Assembly (NCBI GenBank): GCA_951406725.2 | Contig: OX597816.1 | Span: 54,188,001-54,252,000, forward strand | Direction of reading: 5' to 3' | DNA length: 64,000 nt | From: Octopus vulgaris | Taxonomy: Eukaryota | In this document: one piece after another, positions 38,800 through 53,345 of the stretch | Position numbering within the stretch: the stretch's first letter is position 1 | Layout: each line of letters starts with the position of its first letter | Translations under genes and position numbers: made by a program | The notes under the pieces: generated by a model | Seen by the model: only the letters and a program-made list of their open reading frames with translations | Told to the model about the DNA's origin: nothing | Database searches by the model: none

Positions 38800-39366
38800 G
38801 TTGTTATTATTATGCCCTGATGCAGTACCAGGCAATGGCTCTCATGACTTCTAGTCTTAACTGATTGGAAGTGTTATCATGTACATTGTTTTGTCTTGGT
38901 ATAAAAGATGGGCTACAGTAAATATTCTGCTCAATACCACAGATTTGCTTGTCAGTTGTTTGACCATAACCAGTTGAGCATGTCCCTTAGTGGCTGACGA
39001 TATGTGCATCTCTGATCATGGGCAGAAGTAGTGGGGGAGCATCATAGCCATGTATTGAGAGGGATTCTTTGGGGTTTGAATAATTTGCCTCTGGAAACAT
39101 GGGTGTTTCGTTCAACTTCCTTAAACAACCCTTATTCAGGGACCTTTTGAGCAGGATGGGTTACTCGACCAGAAGAAAATTCTAACTGGGCCTCACCTGC
39201 AAGGTCACGTGCTGTTTATCTTGATATGAGATCACCATGTTGCACACATATGGTTATGACGCATGTGGCTAGTGTACGCTTATCAGACAGGTAGTCATGA
39301 TGGGTATGCTGGGCTTCGTATATTTTACTTTAGTGTCACTTTGATGGCATGCACTGCTCTCTTATT

Positions 39367-39407
<41 letters not shown>

Positions 39408-39780
39408 TATTATTATTATTATTATTGCCTGGAATCGAACTCGGAATCTTGGGGTTAATAGCCCGCGTTCTTAACCACTACCAATTGCGGGCTACCAACC
39501 CCAAGAGTCCGAGTTCGATTACAGGCAGTGACCTGAATAAGAATGACAATGATGATGATAATGATGATAATAATAATAATTATAATAATAATAATAACAA
39601 CAACATAGAAAGATACCTTAGGAATGAGAACCCAGGTTTAAAATTTCCCCAAGACACTTGATGAAGAAAGAAGGGTATATCAGCCGAAACGTTGTGTTAA
39701 CAACAAACAAGACGAGGACAAATATCTGTCAAATGTAAATAATGTACATAATTCCTCATCTTTTAAATATAGAACTGTAT
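38557..39780. mobile_element. Inverted pair of tRNA-headed, hammerhead-tailed elements in one 11-bp TSD
   Basis: TSD TATCTACAGCT at 38546-38556 and 39781-39791. Minus copy 38557-39480 and plus copy 39487-39780. tRNA-like heads at 39425-39480 (-) and 39487-39527 (+). HHR-like motifs at 38610-38652 (-) and 39653-39698 (+). Confidence 0.85.
38812..39361 (-). mobile_element. ~550-bp non-coding insertion in the (TAA)n tract of the HHR-SINE
   Basis: Complex sequence flanked on both sides by (TTA)n/(TCA)n and absent from the sister copy at 39487-39780. The strand and a link to Dong-like LINEs are inferences. Confidence 0.6.
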
Positions 39781-40128
39781 TATCTACAGCTGTATCGGAA
39801 TATATTTCGTGACAAGAAAACAACATATTTTATCTCACAGCGTAGCGTCTTAAAAAAGTGTAATTATCAACAACTTTGAGTTGACCTATATTTTGTGAGT
39901 GAAAATGGGTAGATGGAAACTGCAAAGAATCCAGTCGGATGAATTCTTCCTATAATTCCAGAATGCAAGATAAATTGTCATAAATTATGTCACAACGATT
40001 TTAGTTGAGAACTGCGTTAAAGATACACATGTCTGCGGAATACTCAACCAGTTATAAGTTAATTCAATGAACAAAGAATTGAAATGATCGAACATCTGAA
40101 TTCTTATCGTCGAAACCGACAGAGGTCA

Positions 40129-40178
<50 letters not shown>

Positions 40179-40223
40179 ATATCTATCTATCTATCTATCT
40201 ATCTACCTACCTACCTAAAACCC

Positions 40224-40298
<75 letters not shown>

Positions 40299-43200
40299 AT
40301 CTATCTATCTATCTATCTATCTAACTAACTATCTAACTAACTATTCCTTCATGTATGTCTGTACATGTCTGTCTGTCTGTTTGTCTATATGAACATTGTA
40401 TGGTCGGATGGTTAAGTAGTTCCCCACACAACCATGATGTCCCATGTTTGATTTCCATGTGCATCATCTTGGTAATATGTTTGTTCTTATCACCTCAGGT
40501 TGTTCAATACGTTGTGAGTCAGATTATTCTGTGAATCCACTATAGGCTGCATCGTGTTCAGGGGTTCAGTGTTAGGTGACAAAGCCAGCTCACTCACTAG
40601 GGGAGGGGAGTTTGCTAGAAACCCATCAGGAGAAATACAAATCTTGTCAAAAGGCGGAGGAACCCACTGTACGATCAACGTCTCTCTAGCAGCAAAGTAC
40701 ACAGTCATAGAAGTACTCAGCTTGGTGAATAAGTGTACTCTAGGACTACTTAGTAATGGTTGATCTCTAGGAGACAGAAACTCGGCATTTTACAGTTCCC
40801 TGTTTTGTGGGTTGTTTTGACTGATGAAAATCAATATGAGAGTTGGGAGAATCCCACCAATCACGCTGATCCTTTCTTGTCACTCGGACAGAGTAACTGA
40901 TACCCAGAGAAAGATATCCATGTTTGTGAAACCGTCTCTTACTATAATCGCTGTGAGGTACATGTACTTTATGCTTCTCCTAATTTGTCCTACTCACTGA
41001 CTTGTGTTGTAAGCAAAGTCACAAACCCGAACGTTAAGCAGCAGGGATTTATGATAAACCATTTGCTTCGATCTTGATAGTTACAAGAGTTCGCTACAAC
41101 TCCCTATAAATGAGCAGTTTTATATAAAGAGAGGATTGCTACCCAGTTATTGGAAGGAGATTTGGAAAGATGACCCCAAAAAGTGCCTGCTCAGTTTACT
41201 GCGACTGACAACTGTTTAAGTCAGTGGGTGCCAAAATACACACACACGCACACATACACACACAAGCACACACACACACACACACACACACACGCATGTA
41301 TATACACATACATACACAAGCGCACACAGACACATACACACAAATTTATCATTATCTCGCGAATGTATTTAACTTTCGCCCATGCTTTTTTGTTAGGTTT
41401 CTCTGTTCAAATCGGCAGCTTGAAAAAATAGAAAAAGGTTGATAAAAGCAGTAAATATTTAAAATATTATTGTAGCAATTATAATTTTAGTGGTATAATA
41501 TTGTAATATAGTGAAAGTCTCAACTGTATTTTATTTTAATGTTGATATAGTTTTGTAATTTTTTATTACGATAACTTACAGTAATCAGCTTATGTTATAT
41601 TAAATAGATTTCGAATATATTTTAGCTCATTAACTTTATTAGCTGTCAGCTTTCGACGTTAAGAAAGAAAAAATGGTAGTAAATATTTCCAAGAATATCT
41701 GAAATTTATTTTATTTCTTTGGTCATTAGTGAGATAACTTGCATAGTATGTAAAGACATTTGGAATTGACGAAATGAAGTCTTCGAACATCATTGATAGA
41801 AGGATGAATTTTGGTAAGATAACCTTCAATAAAAATGCTAGACATTTTCAATTTGTTATGGAATCATTCTACGTCGATGTGATTTCTTAACTCACCATTT
41901 CATATAGGCATAGGAATAGGAAAGGAACCATCTTAATGTCTACCCTTCAATGAGGAAAAAGAATGTCGCAGACGATGGGTGAGCAAGTGGCCATAGAGAA
42001 ATCCATAGAAATCGTTGAGAAGAATAACTGTTATTCTCTTATGGTTATTCTTCATTAATGTACTGATGGAATAAAGCTGGTGGAAAGACGTTAGCTTCAG
42101 TTCAAGTTTTCTATTCAACTGAATAAGTCAATGCTTGGAACCTATAATATTCTAATATATTTGGAAGAATATTTAAGAAAATATATATTTCTTCTGAACC
42201 AAATTCTAGCAGCTGCTTTAATGGTCCACTGGTCCGTTTTAGTAAGTATTGAGCTTTCCCAGTTTCCAACAGAAAACAAATTCTTAACATATAATGTACA
42301 GTGTGGTGTGCACCGATTGCATTAGAGGGAAACTTAATGTTTTGAGAATATATATCAAGTCTATAACCAAGATAAAAGATAATCCATTCAGTTCTTGATC
42401 CTTTGCATACGCGTGACACCAAAAGAGGTTTCATACATACTCCATTACATACTGGTGATAGTTGAACTTGTTATTGTGGTTTCCTAATGATGTGGACGCA
42501 TGATAAATAGATGTCGACAGTGTGAGTCATCTGTTTAATTATATGAGTTGTATTTTAAATTCAACGAAGTCTAAAAGCAATTGCCAAAGAAAAGTAATTA
42601 GTAGAATTCAAGTCTGAACTCTTAGCGTTTACGATTTCAAGTAAAAGTATGTTTATATGTTTCGTTTTTGGATTTGGTTTGCAAGATTCGTTATGTGAGT
42701 TCACACAACAGAATATGTTTATATGAATTTTTGTTTATTAGTTGCAGCAATTTATTCTTTCTCAAAATTGCCATGACAGGAATTAGAAGCAGATGCAAAT
42801 ATTCGAGAAAACCTTAGTCCAAGAGACTTGAAGATGTTAAATTTCCTTTTGACCATATTGAAAATGTATCGATTCTCGATTGATTTGTTTCGGTAATCTC
42901 TTTTGAAATAAAAAGAAAAATGTGGGTGATGCGTTTAAGTTCGGAGAGCAGTTGACTGAACTAAATGTGCATCTTGAGGAACAAAATTCTTTAAATATAA
43001 CGACTTCTGGAGCATTGAAAGTCATTGCAGTCAGGGCAACTGCTGACACACTTTTGTCGAAAATGGATATCCTTGGTTAAATAAGGTGTTAATAAAACGA
43101 AGAAATGTGGAAAGGTAAACTGAAAATCACAACTTGCATCCCCCCCATTTGTTTTATTATATTCGATTAAATAGTATTTTATCATTTTTTTTTCATTAGT

Positions 43201-44567
43201 TATCTCTTCTACATTAGTAAAGTAATCTAATCGGATTTCATTTTCCTCTAAATAGTGTTTTGCATGTTTTCGTATTATTGAGTACACTATGCTCGGTGAG
43301 GTTTTATTGCTTTTTGAAATAACTAACTAAAGAACTGCTTCATCAGAACTGGCCCTGGGTGAAACAACAGCAAGCCTTTTAACTCTTCAAGCTCTTCAAG
43401 CTCTTCAACTGATGACTTCCTCCCATCTTAAAGGTATTTGCTCCCATTACATTGGACAACCTCATACAAAACATTCCCATTAGTTTCTTCTGATTCATAT
43501 ACTAGACATCCCACAAATAACAACTGTTTACAAGAGAGAAAGCCTCTGTTATTTGGTAAAAGTGATCGGTTCAGAAACTTTTGAATCTGTCGACCTCGTC
43601 TCAAACGGAACTATTATCAACTACCCCAGCACTTTCCTATTCAAACTATTAATCACTCTCTCAATAAAACAGTTATGTAATCTTGGAGTTTAATGCTATG
43701 AGTTTAAAAGGTTTACGCAATGTATACATTCATAAAATCACACATCTACTTTTAACAACGATAAAGTCAATTTATTATCCACGATAAAGTCAATTTATTA
43801 AGCAATTAAACTGATAGAAAACGGAAAATCACTTAATGAACACATTTTTATCAACAATTATTTCAAATGTCAGAAATTAAAGGGAAATAATTTACCTTCC
43901 AGTGAGCTGGGAAAGCAAGGGACGTTAAGAACTACATAAAGCTTATACTAAAATAATATATATATTTTTTGATAATAATAATAATTAATTTGGGGAGAAG
44001 GATAGCAGTTTTGACGGAAGTTACTTTATTGACTCTGGTCGAATGAGAGGCGCAATGACGTAGATGCAATTGTCATGTATTTTCATTTGCATTATTGGTT
44101 GATCGTACTTTATTATTGATAAATATTGATAAACGAGTGATGCTTATGCACAGAAATATAGAAAATTTTCCATTTAAGTGCGAGTTTCTAAATGGGCTTA
44201 ATCTTTCAGTGGGTTTATAATCGTTCTGCTTTTAAAAAAATAAAATGCATTTTCTCATTTTCTAAGTTAATGATATCAGAATAAAGACTGAAACGTTTTG
44301 CAGGACCTCCGCTAAAAATCATGGAATATTCCAAATGTCATGAAATTTCGTTAATATTTGTTCCTTTCTAAAATATTCTTTAGAATTGAGAATGGTTTCA
44401 TATTCCTCTTGAAATACACGTACTCACATACACAGTCACACGCGCACATACATGCACACACATTTACGCAAACACACCAGCACCAATTGTCAAGCGGTAG
44501 TGGTGATCCAAACACACAGATCTATCTATCCATCCATCCATCCATCCATCCATCCATCCATCCATCC

Positions 44568-44609
<42 letters not shown>

Positions 44610-44610
44610 A

Positions 44611-44666
<56 letters not shown>

Positions 44667-44712
44667 AGTCTGTCTGCCTGTCTATCTATCTATACATACA
44701 TACATATATATA

Positions 44713-44871
44713 TACGACGGGTTTCTTTCAGTTTCCACCTACCAGATCCCCCCCACAAAGCTTTGTCGGCCCAAGGCAATAGTAGATGACATCTACTCAA
44801 GATTCCACGCAGTGGAACTGAACCAAGGACCATGTTGTTGGGAAGCAAACTTCTAACCACACAGCTACACC

Positions 44872-44875
<4 letters not shown>
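44713..44875 (-). mobile_element. SINE family B 5' fragment
   Basis: Similar to 49190-49357. Confidence 0.8.
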
Positions 44876-44922
<47 letters not shown>

Positions 44923-45665
44923 ATTTGGTATTAGTCTTTATTTAGTACAACGATCATTTCGACCCATTCCCTAACTCGACGGGCATATAACAACACGACC
45001 ACCTAAACTCAAGATCTTTAGCGAGACACCACTTTATGTATGGAAGTATGGAGGTCCCTTTAAAAAAAAAACTCTCCTGGAATAAATATGTAGAATACCC
45101 CTTGTTACTGAATACATACACAAACATCAAAACAAGGAATATTGGTGGAATATTCCCATCAAAATATCTGTCAAGTATAAGCAGAACAGGCCGAATATTG
45201 TTGTTTGGAACAGACAAGAAAGAGTATGTACTGTCATAGAAGCCAGCTGCTATGCTGATGTGAATGACACTTTGAAGAAAAAAAAAAAAAAGAGGATAAC
45301 GATGGATAATTGCTTCGAAAGTTCCAGCATCTATATCCAGATTATAAATTCACATTTATACCAATAATAATTGGTGCAGTTGGTTTTGTGAGTAAATGTT
45401 TATGGCAATTTAGATAAACTATGGTTTTCAGAAATAGGAATCAATCAACTGACTTGCACATTGCTAAATACAATCTGTAAGTGGAACAATAAAAATATGC
45501 AAGCGTTTTCTCAAGTTTGAATTGTGCCATTGTTTTCCTTATCTACATTCCATGGATGGAGCTTTGTATCTCTGTTAAAACCAGGTGCTTTGGCAGCAGA
45601 CTTCAAATAATTAAAAATCGAAGAGAACATACATACATACATACATACATGCATGCATGCATACA

Positions 45666-45701
<36 letters not shown>

Positions 45702-46446
45702 CTTACATATATACATTTATACACATGCATATATACAGCATGGTGCCATCAACATCAGTTGAGCATGCGTAGAGAGAGAGCCGTTTAAAAATGGCTTTTT
45801 GAACGTTTTCTTCAGCAATTATGTTTATTGATCAACTCTAAATCAGTAACTGATCCATTTCTTCTGCTAGTAATAAGAGAAACACATTTTGATCATCAAC
45901 GTAGCGTTGCTCAGACTCCATTAAAATATTCTTAAGATAAAAGTCATCAGTTAAGAGACTTATTGTTGCTGTTTAATCCCAGATCAGTTATGATCTAGTA
46001 CGCCTAGGGTCAAAGATATTCCAGTTATGATCATTCCGTCGCTTTAGCAGATATCCTAAAGTCGGTTGTGTATTATTTGAGAGAAACTTAACTCCTATTT
46101 CGAGCGCAACGACTGTCTACACAGATCATTTCCATGTTAGCTTTTAGAAGACAAATAAGGTAACTTGCTGCCAATGTTTGTGGATGATTTTGGAGTTGAA
46201 ACTACATTTCCAATAAGACGGAAGTGAGTTTCCCAAGTGAGAAGCGTTTAACATTGGGGCAAATACGTTTTATGATTATCCACCTAGATTAAACATAACT
46301 GCTTAAGAACAGACTTTAGACTTCAAGGGAAAGATGACTCTGATATTGTATTTGGTTAGCAAGACTCATAATATGAATTCGTGTGTTGAAACAAAACCTT
46401 GTCATTATGCCAATAAAATTTAAACCAAACACATGCATTGTTTCAA

Positions 46447-46686
46447 TACTTATTTCTTTACTACCCACAATGGGCTAAACACAGAGAGGACAAACAAGGA
46501 CAGACAAACGGATTAAGTCGATTATATCGACCCCAGTGCGTAACTAGTACTTATTTAATCGACCCCGAAAAGGATGAAAGGCAAAGTCGACCTCGGTGGA
46601 ATTTGAACTCAGAACATAACGGCAGACAAAATACCACTAAGCATTTCGCCCGGCGTGCTAACGTTTCTATCAGCTCGCCGCCTTAA
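46447..46686 (-). mobile_element. SINE family A monomer with TSD
   Basis: Reverse complement of the 12746 unit. An 11-bp TSD cattgtttcaa lies at 46436-46446 and 46687-46697. Confidence 0.92.
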
Positions 46687-47513
46687 CATTGTTTCAAGAC
46701 ACAAGGTGACTCTTTTACTCTCAGATTTTACCTCCCAGAATTCTTGGAATTCAGGAAAATTAGCACAGTTATTACATCAGTGTAGCATTTATTTTGACTC
46801 CCAGTGCACAGAGTTCAAAATTACTGTCCATTCTTCGCAGGTTGAGAAATAAGGGATCAATCGGTACTGGGACCAATTCTTCATTTTTTTTTCTTAGAAT
46901 CGGTTGTAATCTACTGAAAAGTGCCATTGATTTATGCACCGAAAACTCTAGTTCTATTGCACGAAGCCTTTGGCAGAATCCGTGGAATCGGAAGCTAAGA
47001 AACAAAAGCAAAGTCTTTTGGTGACAATGAATCTGAATTCTGATACTCGTACTCTGAATTTTAAATGCTTGACTCGCAGAGGAAAGAAATTGCTGTGGGG
47101 GCAGGGTTAAAGCAGCGTGACTGGAAACGGTAGAAAGTGTAGAAATTGTAAGAAACTGAAGACAGAAAGCAACGAAGAAGGAAAAAGATCGACTCAAGTT
47201 GTAACTTCTTTCGTTCTTTCTATGCTCACGATGCCTGGTGAGAGGATTAAAAGGGTAGTGATATAAACGCTATTTTCTTGGCCTCCTTTTAACATAGAGA
47301 AAGAGGAAAAGAGCGGGTGTATATGTGTGAGAAACAGAGAGGGAGAAAGAGGAGAGAGAGAGGAAATGGTGTCAGTACTCGGCTGATAATTTATCAACCT
47401 TTTTGTACGAAAATCAAAAGTGGCTTCGGTGAGATTTGAACTCAGAGCACCAGTATGTCTAGGTATAACGATTTGACAAAGTGTTCCTTTTTATTCGTCA
47501 TTTTATAGCTTTA

Positions 47514-47990
47514 TTGGGTCATCCCATAAATAATGCATTTTTTTAATACTTGTTTTATTTTTCAAAATTACGATAAAGTTCTTTTTTAATCTAAAATATA
47601 CTCTCCTTCATTTTCTACAATGCTCTTCCATCTATCTTGTTGATTTGCAAGACCCCTCTTTCAAAATTCGCTTGTCCATGACGAAAAATACTCCTCCAGT
47701 ACTGTTCTGACCTCGTCTGCAGAATTCATATTTTCCCATCCAAATGATTTTGAAGACTGCGGAATAAATGATAATCAGATGGGGCAATGTCCAATGAATA
47801 AGCTGGGTGGAGCATCGTTTCACATTTAAACTTCTCCAGCCTTTGGAATGCCATCCTCGGTGTATGCGACCGAGCATTTCCTGATGGAACATCTTTCGTC
47901 TTGAAACCAAAGATGGTCGTATTTCTTCTAACGCTGGTGTCAATGAATAGTTGAATGACCAAATCCAAGCTTCTCTTCTAGTTCCTCAAC
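47514..47990 (-). mobile_element. Mariner (DD34D-type) 3' fragment with right TIR
   Basis: TA followed by the TIR TTGGGTCATCCCATAAATAATGC at 47514. The minus strand encodes NARSHT..LHPAYSLDIAPSDYHLFRSLQNHLDGK (mariner YSPDLAPSD motif). Confidence 0.92.
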
Positions 47991-48920
47991 ACACACACAC
48001 ACGCTCACACACACACTTACTAATCCCTATATTGATATATTGTCGAGAGATTGTCTGGAATATTCTTTCGTAATAAAAAAATTTAAATGGGGAAGAAATT
48101 TAGGAAACCAGATGTCGGTGGTCTTAAAGAAATATTTACAAGAAAAGCTTAAATTTGTGTCGAGTCATTGTATATAGTATATGTGTGAATGTATGTAGGT
48201 GTATGTATGTATGGGTCTAGGTACGTATGTATGTGTGTATGTATATGTATATGTATTTTGAGGTGAATGTGTAATTCTAAGAAATATTTTGAGAAAGAAA
48301 CAAAAATATTATTGAAATTTAAAGACTTGTAGAATATTCCATGATGGTAAGCAGAGATGTTGTTTTTATTTTGCTCCAATAGAATGACAACATCAATAGT
48401 GATCAGCGGTCTGACAGGTTTATAACGGCTTGGAATTATTAAAACGTACAACATGGCTGATATGACGTCATAGAAAACATACATATTGATGAGACTGTAG
48501 TTGTAGCAGTGGTGGTGGTGGTTGTGGGAGTAGCAGTAATAGCAGTAAGCCTTTGTTACCACACAAAGAACATTGATCATGTAGATAAATCACCGAAAAA
48601 CAGAAGCGAAATTTTACTACAAAGAAAAAAAAAATCACGTTAAAATTTTCTGTTGCCATAGCGACCGGAGTTTTCTCGTCAATTGATAATTTCACTTGTG
48701 GAGAATAAATCTGTTATTAATCCTGGTTTCTTGTCAAGATTTATGTTTTGCTAGTTTGGATGTTCTAAGATAAGAATTACCAGTAATAACTTAATTTATT
48801 ATAGATTTCAAAGACAGGTTTGTTAGAGAATTAGGAAACAGAATTTATTGGCAACAGTAAAGGTGTTTGGAACTATTTCTTCCAAATTTTTCTTTGAACA
48901 TTGAATTTAAAGATCTCAAA

Positions 48921-49357
48921 CTCTTTTACTCTCTCTTTTACTCTTTTACTCTTTTACTTGTTTCAGTCATTTGACTGCGGCCATGCTGGAGCACCACCTT
49001 TAGTCGAGCAAATCGACCCCGAGTCTTATTCTTTGTAAGCCCAGTACTTATTCTATCGGTCTCTTTTGCCGAACCGCTAAGTTACGGGGACGTAAACACA
49101 TCAGCATCGGTTGTCAAGCAATGCTAGGGGGACAAACACAGACACACAAACCCACCCACCCACACACATATATATATATATACATATATACGACAGGCTT
49201 CTTTCAGTTTCCGTCTACCAAATCCACTCACAAGGCTTTGGTCGGCCCGGGGCTATAGCAGAAGACACTTGCCCAAGATGCCACGCACGCAGTGGGACTG
49301 AACCCGGAACCATGTGGTTGGTTAGCAAGCTACTTACCACACAGCCACTCCTGCGCC
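48921..49357 (-). mobile_element. Full-length tRNA-derived SINE, family B
   Basis: Minus-strand head ggcgcaggagtggctgtgtggtaag..ccgggttcagtccc has A/B boxes. There is an internal (TA)/(TG) microsatellite and a (gtaaaaga)n tail, and several copies occur in the window. Confidence 0.92.
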
Positions 49358-50454
49358 TACGTTAAAATACTTACAATATTTAAAACTGCAAATATACCTT
49401 TTTTACGGAGAACTTTGCAATGATAAATAAGTTAATAAAGAAGTAAATTACGGCGATAATGTTGATTAGTGGAAATATTACGATGTTTAGATTATATTTT
49501 AATAAATCATCTTATAGATAATTGTTTATGGGTGGTAATATTCCAGGTTAAGAACTGAGATGGTGTATTCTTCGTATGTGTTATTCTCTTTGGTTACCAG
49601 AGGGATATAAAATATGTACAAAACGGGCTCGAACCGTGGTCGCTAACACAGATTCTAATACTCTGTAGAATATTTTAGAGAATTCTTTATCACTGCAAAT
49701 ACTAAGTTCCTGAAATTCGTCCCTTATCTAAATTTATGTAGGTCAGCAGCGAGAGTCGAATTTTATGTTTTTTCATTTCATTTTCAACCAGACAAGGCAT
49801 TTAAGGAAGAAATTCTCAGATTTATTGGAGAAGAGTTTCTGAAGGGGATTAGAAACAGAAACGATATGAAGAAATGACCACCACCTGCATTCGGTCTCCA
49901 GTTACAGATTAACGTAGACAGATTACACAAAGAAATAATGAATTTGTGTCTCCAGACGGGCGTAGTAATCCCTTCAAATAAACCAAACGTCTAAAGTATT
50001 TTATCTGAAATAGCTTTTCGTTTGAGAAAAAATTTAAAGGTTCAAAGACCATGGTTAGTAAATTGGTCACAAAAGTATGAATAACTAGTCAGAGGGTGGT
50101 GACTTTAATCAAACGCTTATTCCATGTCAAGATATCAGTGGTAGAAAACACCTCAGATTATCAAAATAAAGTAAAATAGTTCATTTCTTGAAGCATTTGG
50201 AATGTTTCCTTAAAAAAAGATGCAAATTTATTTTAAAAAAAGAAGCAACTTTTTAAGAAAGAAACATTAAAGAAATGAAGAGTTGGGATTAATCAGTCGA
50301 TAAAAGTAACTTTAAAAACAACGTTATTTTAAGGCCAACTTCACGTTTTCTAAGCATTTCTTATTCACCCCGAGTTTTCGTGCTTCACTGAACCTTATCT
50401 GCTTTCTAAAAAAATCTTATTAAAGATATCTTTTATTAATACACACACACATAC

Positions 50455-50506
<52 letters not shown>

Positions 50507-53310
50507 TAGTTGGTGGAGCGATCTAGCTTGTACTTCAGGAAAGCAGGTTGCCAACTTTAATTATCACCGAAGTGTGTGTATTCCAAGTAGCAGAAGGATT
50601 GACATGTGTTTTACACTACTTGAACAAACCAATATCTACGATTATCTTCAATATCTCTCGGATGTAATCGACACCTTATCATGCAGAAATATTTGATTGG
50701 AACTGTGAGATCGATATCACTAAGACTTTCGATAAATTTAACGAAATTTAGAAATAAATGATTTTAAAACCTCTTGCAACGTGCTCTAATTATAAAAATC
50801 AATTAGATAAGATATAGATTGACATTTCCTATTACAACAGGAAGTGACATGAGGGTGATTTAGCTACTAGTTCTATATTAAAGAAACGGCGGAATAGATT
50901 GTACTAGTAAGTGGTTGTACTGTTATGCTAAATGTGATTTCACTGTCTTGGTTTCAAATTTCACTGAAAGAGATCAAATTGTTACTGAGGCTGTGTTTTA
51001 ATAGCTATGAGTGAAGGATCAAATTCATTGAGTGATTTATAAACAAACCTTTCTACCGAGTTCAATGAAGTCAATGAGCATCAGTTTTGTATCATATGAA
51101 ATCTCAATAAAATAGATGTAGATCCCTTGTTAAATATCTATTTTACTCAGCCTCAAAGTTGGTGGGCACAGGCCTAGCTGCATGGTAAAGTCTTTTGTCT
51201 TTGCAACTATGTTGTTTAGAGTTCAGTTCCACTGCTTGCCATTCCACCCAGGTGTCTTCAACCATAGTTGATCAAAGCTCCGAGAATGAAAAATGATAAA
51301 CGGCAGAAACTGTGAGGAAGCAAGTCTAAAAGGTGGTTACTATTGTTGTATATTGTTAAATCAATCTGTCTCCGGGTTGAACAACAGCCTTACTTCCTGG
51401 CTCTTGGGTGATTCAGACAACGTCACTCCATTATAAAGATTAGTTCCAAATCTCTGATCGAGGGATCATTTCCTGCCATTTTGGAAATCCTGGAATTAGT
51501 CATCGCGACTTCTTACGGTTAAGATTCACAATAACTTTTGTTGGAATAAAAGAAATTTGTAGTAAAATTTTCAGATGATAGCAATATAGATAAACAGTCA
51601 TGAAAATGTTTAAACATAGCGCTCTGAATGGTATGTTGTAAGATATTTTCTGAGTTAAAACAGCAAATATCAAAGCCGTATATTTATTTGTTTGAACTAG
51701 AAATAATGTTGGGAATTGTGTTAAGGATATCGGATGGGAATACAAAACACATTGATTCTAATACATTGCGTATTATTTAAAAATCTGTCTTCCTAAAGAA
51801 ATATTTAATATTCTTGGCAAGACCCAACAACATTGCTGTTTTATCATCGATCTATAGCAACAGGGATGTCTTAATTAGACAATAAAAAACAACGAAAGAA
51901 ATTAAAACGGAATATATACAGAAACATTGTTAATTAAATGAAGATTATTACCAGAAGTCTTGAAATAATTTCTAAATCAAATAAAGACCAAATTTGTTGG
52001 TTTTATTGCAGGTCAATCGTGAATCCGCCGACCAAGAGCCAAAAGCACCTCTTGCAACACTATATAGTCTGTGTCGTTTCTTTTTGAAGACGACAAGGCG
52101 TCATTAAAGAAGAGATAGTGACTATGTCTAGGTGGTCAGGTGGCCCCTCCCACCTTCCACCATAGAAGACCTTAGTGTTATGTTGTGAACAATGAAATGA
52201 TATTGTTATACGAGGAAGAAAATATTTTATGTTTAAAACATAACGGCTTTAGTTCAGAAAAACAGACAAGAGTTGTGGCAAGAGAGATTTTAAAATGTTT
52301 GTTAAAGACGTTGTATGAGGAAGGTTGGTCACATTTGTAATCATTGGTGTTTGGAAGGAAGAAATATTGATGAAAATAGACATTGAAGTTGTTAGAAAGA
52401 GAACTGAAACACTATGTGTCCGGCTTAATCTAATGATTGAATCACTGGAAATGAAACCTGTCGATTACATATATTTAGGCCCTGTTCGGAAGATGAAGAG
52501 TTCAAAAGCATCAGTAACGCATATGTAATTTAGCAACTAATTTTCAAACAATTTAAAATAGTTACTTTGTATAATTTTAAAACACATTGAAATGAAATTT
52601 ATCAATCAAATATTGGATAATTAGAATTAAAATAAGTTAATTTCAGAGTTCAGAGATTGGAAACATGTCTCCACACACAACAACGATATGATTTAGGTGT
52701 GGTTACCTTGAAGTTAATTATCAATTGTATAACACTTCAACTACAAAGATTTTATTAAAAAATATTCTACCTTATAAGAGTAGAAGGCTTGGCAAGTTTA
52801 TTGGTGTTGGTTATTGCTTGAAACTTGGGAATCTCTGAACAACGCAACAACTTTTAATAAAATCTGGTTTGGAACATGACCATAAAATAGACGTGTCATA
52901 TTTAAAGCTGCTTCTGTAATTCCATAATATCGATCATATGAACTAGGTACATGAGCACACGCAACTCTCGTGTGTGTTTGTAAGCTGCGTGTGTATGCGT
53001 GCATGTGCGTTATAGATGTGTAAGTGGGTGGATACATGTTTGTGTAGCTGTATGCATATACGTGTGTATGCATATACATATATGAGTTCCGGTCACTTCA
53101 GAAATGTAACCGCATGTGGACTTTTGACAATTTTCCTTATTTTTCCTTCTTTCTCTTTGGACTTTGCTCTTTCTGACAAGGAGATCTGCTAGAAACGTTA
53201 GCAACAACTCTTTCCCTTCATCGAACGTCTAATTAATATATTTCTTGTGCACGTCCTCACGTTCGTTTTTTTCTTTTATCTTTGTTTTTTAATTGTTTGT
53301 TTATTTGAAT

Positions 53311-53341
<31 letters not shown>

Positions 53342-53345
<4 letters not shown>

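Noticed and set aside
39425-39527. Functional tRNA genes
   Set aside because: Both heads are truncated, lack a full acceptor stem and are attached to repeat tails, so they are SINE heads.
40480-40990. Possible second Penelope GIY-YIG remnant on the minus strand
   Set aside because: I could not recover diagnostic motifs by eye.
46772-47197. 141-aa minus-strand ORF with a hydrophobic N-terminus
   Set aside because: No recognisable domain or splice context; it lies between SINE fragments and is probably chance or a decayed TE.
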